A DNA stretch of 58,161 bases, filler included, from Dirinaria sp. TL-2023a (taxonomy: Eukaryota): the NCBI GenBank assembly GCA_051941275.1. It is 2 parts of 2 records of this genome, joined end to end, with 100 filler letters (N's around TTAATTAATTAA, not from the genome) between each part and the next. Parts side by side here need not be neighbours in the genome. Positions count along the whole stretch, not along the records: positions 29,221 to 58,161 come from JAVEBF010000120.1; 1 more part is not named here. One strand, given 5' to 3'. Of the stretch, positions 49,850 through 58,161 are shown piece by piece. The notes under the pieces are model-generated. The model saw only the letters and a list, made by a program, of their open reading frames with translations, was not told the DNA's origin and ran no database searches. Each line of letters opens with the position of its first letter. Within the stretch, counting starts at the first letter, position 1. The translations under genes were made by a program, and so were the position numbers.

Positions 49850-51575
49850 TAGGAACGGAGGAGGGATTTTGTGTATACAATTTCTTAGGGATTAAGATCC
49901 CCGTTAGGGTTTAGGTTTTGGGGAATGTCAGCTGTGGGCTTGCTGATGGGTTGTGTTCTGTTTGGATGGTAGTGATGATGCTACGAGGAGGCAGTTATTT
50001 GACTCCGGGTTGAAACAAGGGGGGTGGGGAGGGTGGCGAAAAGTTCCTTATTTTCTTTACCCTAGGTAAAAAATTCTATCTAGATCAGATTTTCTATTCG
50101 CGGCTATGTGGTGCTGAAGAGTTGGGTCTTCTATAACCCCCATTTTCTTTCAAAGAGCTGGCTTGGGATGAGAGGGTAGGATCAGGCTGCGTAGGAGAGG
50201 TTGTAGGTGGGAAAGTTTTCTATAAGGATTATAAAGACTACATACGTTTGCATAAGGCGTAGGAGATCACATAAATGATGGCTGGGTCTTTTTACTTTTT
50301 TCGTTGCTTGAGAGTTAGGAGCGAGTAGGTACTCGTACATAAGTGATAGAGGTATCATTAGGTCGTTCCTTGTCTTGAGGAAGATCTTCATATCTAATTG
50401 TTGAAATCCTTGTTCATGAGTTGAGGAAGGGTTGTTTTATTTATTTCCTCTTCTGCGGAATGTATTGGTATAGCTATTTCAGAGCACTGTTGTGAAGATC
50501 GCTGTTTCCATGTCTTAACGATCATCGTCTGGTTTCTGGTATACATCGTGTTTAACTAAGCGAGTTGCATCTTCACATGTGTTGGGACGTTTTGGCACGA
50601 TGTAGATTTGTGATGGTAGGTTCCCAACTAGATAAAACTTTTGCCGTCTACTTCTCGGTTGCGCTTATGCGGACAAAGTAGAAGAGGGAAAATAGACTTA
50701 ATTTAAAATCCCAAGGGAAGAAAAACCTCGTGACTTAGAAAACCTACGATCAAAATGTAGTAATGTCAGGTCAAAGGACAGCAAGATTCCCTTAGCTTTG
50801 TCACAGCTATCTTGTTTTCAGGCTCTGGCATGGTGTTCGTTTTAGCATCCAACCAAGCAGCCCCTACTGAAAAGACCAAGGCATGACATAGCTTATGAAC
50901 AGATTGATGATGAATCAAATCTACAAACGCAGACCTATTGTCGAAGAAGCATATCGTTCAACTGTATCACTCGTATGATACGAGGATCCCAAGGAGCTAT
51001 GACAAATAGGACCCGATAAGGAATGGATCCAAGAATATGGTGGCCAAGAGACGAGCAGTCCTCATTGCCAGTGTATGGAATAGACCTGACGGGTGATTTA
51101 CAGAGTAAGCTGTGCCTGCTGAAACCTCGTCAGACAGGCAAGGTACTGTCTAATCAGTGCTTCCCACCTGCGTTCTATGTCTTAGACATGTCCAGCTCTA
51201 CATTGTCCCGAGATTTACATAGCAGAATACTCAGCGTGGGGTTTCCGAAGTAGCAACTCATCGTGCCCTGGAGTCAGTCCGTTCCATTCGACGGATAGCT
51301 ACGATGGATGGAGCATTACCTGCTAGTCGTGTGCTAGTCCATTTACAATAATCGCAAAGATGGTGTCGACAACCTGGCTAAGTTCTTTGTCCCAGCATAG
51401 ATTCTGAGTGCCGCTGGCCAAAGATCGATGACTAGAAAGCAATCGATTCTGGTGCATTTTGACGGAAATGGCGCTCTAGGGGGGCGGACTGATTCATTGC
51501 TTGTCGGAGTAAAGTTCAAACTTTGGGTAAAGCTGGGACCTATTCATTGGAGGATGACTTCGTGCTGTCCGTAGA

Positions 51576-53081
51576 TTACACTTTATCCTTTCTTCTTGCC
51601 AACCGAAGGGTTTTAATCCCATGCATCCACGGCCAGAGTGCTTCCGGAACCCTGATCTCGCCAGCCTCTTCGTCCCACCCGTTTTCAAGGATTGCAGCCA
51701 GGACCCGTGGCACAGCAATCGCCGTCCCATTGACCGTATGGGGGTAGTCCATGTCTCCACTCTTCATCTTCACCCGTGTAGCCAAGCGCCTGCTCTGGTA
51801 ATCGGTGCACATACTGGTGCTTGTAACCTCACCCCACCCTTGGTCCTTTTGCTGTCGCGAGGGAAACCATGCTTCAATGTCTCTTTTCCGATAGGCACTA
51901 GCGCCAAGATCTTTTGGTGGCATTTCCATCACGCGGCAGTAGAGGCCAAGAGACGAGAGGATTTGTGTCTGAATCGAGAGCATGGTGTCGAAGAGTGAGG
52001 TAGAGGCGGAGGGTAGAGTCCACCCAAACATTTCGACTTTTGTAAATTCGTGTACGCGGAAGAGACCCTTGGTCTCAACCCCACGGGCACCAGCTTCAGC
52101 GCGGTAGCACCTACTAGGCCCTACGACGCAGAGTGGGAGGTCGGCTTCGGGTATTGTGGTTTTCGCCTTCAAGCCCGCGAACGGAATTTCAGCCGTACCG
52201 GCAAGGCTGAGCTCGGGTTTGGCTGTCGACTGGGCTTTTTCGCCTTGGTGAAGGCTGTAGACTTGTTGTTCGTCGTTCTGATCTCGAGGTCTGAAGCCGC
52301 ATGCCGAAGCAATGTGGCTGTAAACGATGGAAGGTGGAGTGACGACCGAGAACCCATGCTGCATGGCGACATCTATAGAGAATTGAACGAGTGCTTGTTC
52401 GAGCAATGCGGCTTCGTTCTTGAGGTAATACCAGCCCCAGCCAGAGATTGCGCTGGCAGAGGAGAAGTCGAGGAGGTCGTACTCGGTGCCTAAATGGACA
52501 TGATTGCGCCATGTTGGATCCGAGGTGGTGTAGTGTGGTGGAGGGGAGTTGATGTAGGCTGAAACGCGAGGCTCTGAACCCAAGGCCGAGGATTCAGGGC
52601 TGGTGAGGTTTGGTAGCTCGGATGCTAAGGCATTAATTTCGTTCTGAATACGGTCCTCTTCGATCTCGACTTCACTGAGACGTTCCTTCAAGGCGCGCGC
52701 TTCTTCGAGCAACGTCTCTTTCTTCGATGGTTCTCCACTGGCCAAGCTCTCAGGTGCAAGGCCACTAAATGTCTTGCTGTGAGAAAGCTTCGTCCGAACT
52801 GCGTTGCTGCTTTCTCGCAGACCCCGCGTTCTTTGCTGTATCTTTTTCCATTCGTCAAAAAGCGTCAGAATCTTCGACGGGTGGCCTTCCTGGTGATTAT
52901 AATTTCGGAGAACACTATTCCTGCTGTAGGTGTCTGGGTTCTGACGTATGTGTTTGACATTGAGTGTGGCCTTTGGCGCTATTGATGGCAGCTCTGGGCT
53001 GGCGGCGGTCGTAGAAAGCGGACGTCGATGGGGCAGTCGTGGTATTCGGCAGGTCCAGCAGGCCAAATTGGTACGTAGCAT
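51576..53081 (-). CDS. DIA4: Mitochondrial seryl-tRNA synthetase
   Basis: Arg-rich presequence from ATG 53081, coiled-coil arm, LAGTAEIP, CYRAEAGARG, RVHEFTKVEMF, DIEAWFP, HTVNGTAIAVPR. Confidence 0.93.
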   Translation of the reverse strand: MLRTNLACWTCRIPRLPHRRPLSTTAASPELPSIAPKATLNVKHIRQNPDTYSRNSVLRNYNHQEGHPSKILTLFDEWKKIQQRTRGLRESSNAVRTKLSHSKTFSGLAPESLASGEPSKKETLLEEARALKERLSEVEIEEDRIQNEINALASELPNLTSPESSALGSEPRVSAYINSPPPHYTTSDPTWRNHVHLGTEYDLLDFSSASAISGWGWYYLKNEAALLEQALVQFSIDVAMQHGFSVVTPPSIVYSHIASACGFRPRDQNDEQQVYSLHQGEKAQSTAKPELSLAGTAEIPFAGLKAKTTIPEADLPLCVVGPSRCYRAEAGARGVETKGLFRVHEFTKVEMFGWTLPSASTSLFDTMLSIQTQILSSLGLYCRVMEMPPKDLGASAYRKRDIEAWFPSRQQKDQGWGEVTSTSMCTDYQSRRLATRVKMKSGDMDYPHTVNGTAIAVPRVLAAILENGWDEEAGEIRVPEALWPWMHGIKTLRLARRKDKV

Positions 53082-53173
53082 CGCTTGCTGGCTGTAGAAG
53101 CGGCTTGATAGCGGTTTGCTAGCAAGAGTACACCAAACGGTCAAATGGCTTGGCCGCCGGAGAGAACTGCCCT

Positions 53174-53240
53174 CTAACCCTGGTTTTACCCTAGCCTATG
53201 AAGGTACTCTTAGCCCAGGTCCCCTCGTCCCTTAACCCTA
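53174..53240. promoter_or_regulatory. Telobox-like (TAACCCT) motifs in the short divergent SerRS/EAF promoter
   Basis: ctaaccct 53174, ttaccctag ~53186, taacccta 53233 within a ~360-bp head-to-head intergenic region. Confidence 0.45.
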
Positions 53241-53439
53241 TCTACCTCTAGGCCCAACCGGGCCCACCTCACTTCAACCCCACTACTTGAGCTTTCATTC
53301 TTCCATTGTCCACCGCCAGCGGGCATTGCTGGAACCATGAAACGCTCCCATTCCTCGAGAATGAAGGCTTTCTTTGCTCATTAGCGATGTTTTAAAAAAT
53401 AACTTGCTCTAAATCAAATTGTACACTACACTGTAGGAG

Positions 53440-54666
53440 ATGGCTACTACCACCGCTTTACTATCCATAGATCCCACGAAAGGCGCCAAATACCCCATAG
53501 CTTTGTCGGAACGACTTTTGAAAAGTGCTTCCGGTCCAAAAGCGCGTACTACTTCCGTGGAACGTCTGTCTTTCCCTCCAATCGAAGCTTTTGTTTGCTG
53601 ATCAAATCCAGTCAACCACAAGCCCAAGTTATCCGAATCTAAGACCACCTCTACCATCACCTCGTCACTCGCGGACAGCTTCAGTCTAACTATCAAGGAT
53701 GAAGATGATGGGAGCAAATACACCTACTCAGGCAGACAAAGACCCACAGAGGCATGCGTGCTGATCTACGACCCTACTACGCAGAGCATCACTCTCGACA
53801 GGCTAGATTCGGAATTCACATTTAACCTACAATCCACGCCCACCAATGACGATGCGCAAAGCCTCGCTAAGCAATATCCTCATGTCAAGTCGGAGCAGTC
53901 GGAGAATGAGCCTGATGCAGCGGGCGAGGTGCCTGGATCGGAGGGGCAGGATACCGAAGCCGCAGCAGACCCCAACAACCCTTACGACTACAGGCACTTT
54001 CTCCACCAAGCCAAGCGTAGGCGCACATCCTCCCCCGAACCCCGTCCGAATATTGCAGCTTCACCAGCGCAAAGGCCAACGCTAGGTTCCTCTCCTGTCT
54101 CACGACCCTCGTCGCGACCCCCACGACCCGTCGCCAAGCCCCCACGCCCAGCTGTCAAACCCAAGCCGCGGCCTAGGCCCCAGCAGAAGCGACCTCCGTC
54201 GCCGCCACCTCGTGAGGAAGCGGATGCAGACAATGAGGACTCGGATGACGGTGGCTTGACTATCGAGATGGAGCCCGACATGAAACGACGAAACCGCTTC
54301 ATGGGCGCTTTCGACCGCGATATTACTGCGAATGGACCCGTGTCCTTACGATCAGCCGCGAGCTCGATGAGTCCTGCTGCTCGGGATAGGAGGCGAGATG
54401 TAAGCGAAGAGAGCCAAGGAAGCCGTGATGCCGATACAACTCAGGAGCTGAAGCCCCCTTCTCCAAGAAGGAGTCCCCTTGCGAGGACCCCACAGCAGGA
54501 AGCGGAAGACGAGGCCGAGCTGGAAGCGGAATTAGAAATGGCATTGGAAGAGTCTACTAATCACGAAGAAAGTGGTGTAGGGTTGGGTATCTATGACGGT
54601 ATTGCTGATGGAGCAGTTAACGGCGTTGTGCACGATGAGAGCTCGAGCGAGAGCGAGGAGGAATAG
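53440..54666 (+). CDS. ELL-associated factor (EAF N-terminal domain) protein
   Basis: IDPTK..YPIAL, intron 53564..53611, NHKP, YTYSG, CVLIYDP....TLDRLDSEFTFNL, ADPNNPYDYRHFL, GPVSLRSAASS, acidic ESSSESEEE tail. Confidence 0.85.
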
Positions 54667-56000
54667 ACGACGGTGGTGTCTGCTTTGGAATCCGGCTCTA
54701 CGCGCGGGATTATGAAGATTCATCATAAAATCTTGGTGGAAAGCATTTACAATGTATGGGTACAAGGGTCCCTAGAAGGGATCAGTGAGTTTGATTAGGG
54801 GTGTTTTGTAGGAGTAATACCTGATAGACGCGTGTCCGGTAAGGTAAGACTCTTCAGTGAGTTATTCTTGGGTATGATGAGCTGCATCTGTCATCAGCTT
54901 TAAATGAGCACTATCAAATTCCTCTACAGATCTGGGAACTCGGCATATCTTAAGATTTCAATATTCCTTTTCTCAATCTTCCACTTCCACAACTACCAAG
55001 CACTCGACCTTAGGGTTCTCGCTTATCTTATCGTGCCAATATCGGGCTTTCTTGGCATCAAAAGAAACAGAAATCTGCCCTCCGCTCAGTCAGGAGCTCT
55101 CTTGAGATGATCGCTTTTAGCGAGTCGACTGAGTGAGGAGAGGTGACTTGACACCCCACCAGAGTGATCAGCACCTCAGACCGATTGAGCAAGCTCATCC
55201 CTCATCTTTCCACTCACTCGATCCTTCAACATCCGAGCAGCCCAAAAAATGCATGCGCATCCACACGCCCTTCGACATAGCCTGTTTCGTTTGACCTTGA
55301 AACTGAATGCTGTGATGAGTACAATTAATCGCAAGCTCCTCCAACTTCTGTTCGTGTGCGCTACCGTGTGAAATCGAGGGTTCCTCAACTCCACCCAAAG
55401 AAACATTGTCTATCCCGGACTGTGTGAGAGGGAGCAATGAGCACAGGGTAGAAGCAATGATGATGCTACTCGTGGCAAATCTTGACATAAAGGAATGAAG
55501 CCGACGCCTTGTTCGACACCATCTTTGATTGATCAGCGCTTGAGGATGTGACGAGTCAACGAATTGAGCTGTTTGATGTCTCTTTCCATGCGAGCGCAAA
55601 GCAATGATTCTCTTTTCTCGGCGGAATTGGTCGTCTATCAGAGTTCTCGGATAGATCTCAATCCCCAGACCTGAGACTTAATGCAAGACGGCATGAAGAT
55701 CGGGAGTCGATTGCTGCTGTTCAGCTGCTTTGGTTGGGTGGTTGTACTTTGCATGTCGTGCTCAAACGAATGTTTGGTTGTTTAGGTTTGGAAGGACGCA
55801 CCCCATTATGCTTCCTGCTTCCTTTGGGCTTGCATTGCAACTCTCGATCACATCAGCAGCCCGTTCAATAATGTATCTGTTAGAGTCCATATGCCGGTCC
55901 TTTGGTACAGCGATAGAAGGTTAGGATATCGGTTCGCCTTTTGGATCTCAGGCTGTGGCAAATAACAGATTGCACTTCAGTGTGAACCGTCATCAAATTC

Positions 56001-56840
56001 TTACGACTCTACCTTCTTTAAATGCCCAATTTCACCCTCCCATTTCCATTCCCATGCTCTTAAAAAAGTACTTCCGCTGTCATAGTCCTCCAAGCCAGCA
56101 TAGAACGTGGCTCCCATGCCCTTGAGAATCTCGCACCGTTCTTCCATCGTCTTCGCGAGCTTGACTCTTGCCGCATTGATAGGCACAAGATTATCCTCCT
56201 CGATGATGCCCATCCAATTAGTATCGCAATCGCGTACCCAGAATCCGCCATCGGCTCCGTCAACACCTACGGCAGCGGGTTCCCATCCGACCTTCACCCA
56301 CCTCCTCTCCCCAAGCGTTGGCTCCGCTATCCTGCCTTCCTCTACATCCTCAACGAATGACTGGACGCCTGCGGCGAAATGATCAACGACTTGGTATCGC
56401 TTCTCGTTGTCCCACCATTTGGCGCCTAGGAGGAGGAGGCGCTGGCAGAAGGCGTCTTCGTCCTCGTCGCCATCCTCCTCCTCCTGCTCCTCAGCCGGCT
56501 GCGATTCTCTCATATCATTTGCACTACTCGCGCTTCTGGAGTGACGCTGTCCCTTATCGTCACCTCTAGATGCAATGTCAGTGGAGCGTGGCCGCCGTTT
56601 TGAAGGCGGAGTCGTCGTGCTCAAACTAAGGAATGTGAAGTCGACGTGTGTTGCATCACTGAGGATGATGACACCCCCACGCGACGGCCAGCCGAAGACG
56701 GAGACGCTAGTGTCCGTGAACTCAACGCGGCGGGTCGAGTCGGTGGTTGATTTGCGAGGGGCCGCAATTGGTACCTTTCTTTGAAGCGGAACTGCGGCGA
56801 GAGGTGGGCACGCGCATGGTTGAGGGGGGATTAACCCTCC
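56001..56840 (-). CDS. Fungal hypothetical protein, 5' end/start codon not found
   Basis: Frame is open from ~56843 (VFGWPSRGGVIILSDATHVDF...RLLLLGAKWWD...WVKVGW...TMEERCEILKGMGATFY) with no ATG before residue MRESQ. Confidence 0.65.
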   Translation of the reverse strand, partial: GGLIPPQPCACPPLAAVPLQRKVPIAAPRKSTTDSTRRVEFTDTSVSVFGWPSRGGVIILSDATHVDFTFLSLSTTTPPSKRRPRSTDIASRGDDKGQRHSRSASSANDMRESQPAEEQEEEDGDEDEDAFCQRLLLLGAKWWDNEKRYQVVDHFAAGVQSFVEDVEEGRIAEPTLGERRWVKVGWEPAAVGVDGADGGFWVRDCDTNWMGIIEEDNLVPINAARVKLAKTMEERCEILKGMGATFYAGLEDYDSGSTFLRAWEWKWEGEIGHLKKVES

Positions 56841-57010
56841 AGCCTAGCGGCCGATGCAGAGGTGAGTCTATCAGTTCCTTGGATCCTCCTTACCCATCGT
56901 CAGCACGCTTTTCTTTCTCTTGCCCACTCTCACCGCTCCCCCTTTTATTCCACCCCGACGGACGGTCACGATTGAACTTAAAACTGACCTCCTCTCCTTT
57001 TCCCTTCCAG

Positions 57011-57301
57011 CTCACCACCTGGATTCAGGACGGCGCAAACAGCAAGCAATTCGGCCCCTTAAAAATAGACTGTAAGAAACCTGAGGACGAATGGCAAGAC
57101 TTCGACCCCAAAGATACTGGCCTCATGTACTGTCTCAGCATCGAATCGGGTCACGCCTGCGCGCTCGACACAGGCGAATGGAATCTGGATTGGGTGGGGC
57201 TGAAATACGCGAATATTGGGGATATGGCAGTGTCCAGTGACAATAGGTGCTTCGACGCTGAGAACCAAGGAAGGAGCTGCGTCATCAAGCTGGACCCGTA
57301 A
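57011..57301 (+). CDS. Terminal exon of a small Cys-containing protein, 5' exon missing or unclear
   Basis: GTGAGT donor at 56862, CTGAC branch and CAG acceptor at 57010; exon LTTWIQDG...RSCVIKLDP* with 5 Cys. Confidence 0.5.
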   Translation, partial: LTTWIQDGANSKQFGPLKIDCKKPEDEWQDFDPKDTGLMYCLSIESGHACALDTGEWNLDWVGLKYANIGDMAVSSDNRCFDAENQGRSCVIKLDP

Positions 57302-58080
57302 GATGACAGCGCTATTGGAAGGCGAAGGGGGTGATAAGGGGAGAGACAGCAGGTTTGCAAGGAGCACGAATCGTGGGGTTGTAACTCTCTTTTCGACGAA
57401 AGTGCGGCTCTTCTTCGATTAATTCAGGCTTGCTGTCCGAGGCGCTCACCGCAAGCCTCAAATTATATTCCCATGTAGTGATCCCAAGGCCAGCCGACAG
57501 TAGTAGGGCAAGGTTGGTGAACAAACGCAAGTGTAACTCTTAACTCTAATCATTCGTTTACGAAGGCCGTTATCCAGCTGCAGCTGCCATTTGCTCCTAA
57601 TACTTCTGGTTAGTGTCTCCGAAGTGAACGGTGACCACTTATCTCAGGTCAATCATTAGAGATGATTTAGCATGATAGCTTGAATCAAAGCTATTGCTAC
57701 ATATGATTATATCTCAATTTCAAAAGAAAAAGCGCAGCCACGAGTCAGAATCACTTGAAGTTATCTCGAATTATTTACATCAAGTCGCGCGATCTGAGTG
57801 ATCGTCGGGCGACTTTAAGTCCGATGGGGATGAGGCTGGCGCAGATTTTGGACTTCTTGGCAATTTTGATCGGGGCGTCGGTCTCTTTGTCCGCCTGCCC
57901 AACTGCAAAGTAAAATGGAGTCAGCCTGGAACCTCACAAGACCCCAATACGGATACTAATGAGATAGGCAGCTGAGCTACATCTCTTAACCCTCAAAGAA
58001 CCCCGCCATGTCTCGATAACAACAACAACGACGACAACAACAATCATCATCCACCTACTTCTACCTCGTCTGTCGACAGC

Positions 58081-58161
58081 ATGCACGATCCGTTCCCGAT
58101 CCCACCTCCACAGCTCCTAGTGAAGCTCTCCACGCCCCTCGCCGACCTCCTCTCCCTCCCC
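58081..58161 (+). CDS. Possible 5' end of a gene running off the window
   Basis: MHDPFPIPPPQLLVKLSTPLADLLSLP; upstream ATG at 58008 is out of frame with the AAC/GAC repeat run. Confidence 0.3.
   Translation, partial: MHDPFPIPPPQLLVKLSTPLADLLSLP

Noticed and set aside
49885..49920. ttaggg...ttagggtttagg as telomere or telomerase RNA template
   Set aside because: Too few and irregular units; no clean 1.5-repeat TTAGGG template or supporting structure seen
55195..55599. ORF with a weak signal-peptide-like segment (MSRFATSSIII...)
   Set aside because: No family features or clear splice structure; at most a relic
1..58161. tRNA, rRNA, CRISPR, TPP riboswitch, multi-repeat Kex2 precursor
   Set aside because: None recognised by eye; tRNAscan-SE/Infernal would be needed to exclude RNA genes formally

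Overview
Intron-rich eukaryotic DNA from a filamentous ascomycete (short GT/GC-AG introns with CTRAY branch points; a lichen-forming Lecanoromycete is plausible but only inferred). An artificial 100-nt linker (N44-TTAATTAATTAA-N44, 29121-29220) splits the window, so the two halves may not be adjacent in the genome. Housekeeping genes (ALG5, VPS17, TAH18, a two-RRM/RGG protein, GCS1 ArfGAP, mitochondrial SerRS, EAF-domain protein) are interleaved with accessory genes. The best candidate for a new system is a compact four-gene cassette at 20652-26807: a GNAT acetyltransferase, a spliced ~57-66 aa secreted peptide missing from the ORF track (22277), a UstYa/DUF3328 HXXHC oxidase and a PTH11/SAT4-like membrane protein. 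It resembles a minimal dikaritin-type RiPP or peptide-signalling locus with a non-repetitive precursor. Other points: two apparent pseudoenzymes (alpha/beta hydrolase with Leu at the nucleophile position, NRK-like kinase with Asn at the catalytic Asp), two disordered SIM + Myb-like proteins, several small secreted proteins including a hidden 74-aa Cys peptide, a patatin with a C2H2 finger, and gene relics. All gene models were spliced by hand; no database searches were run.
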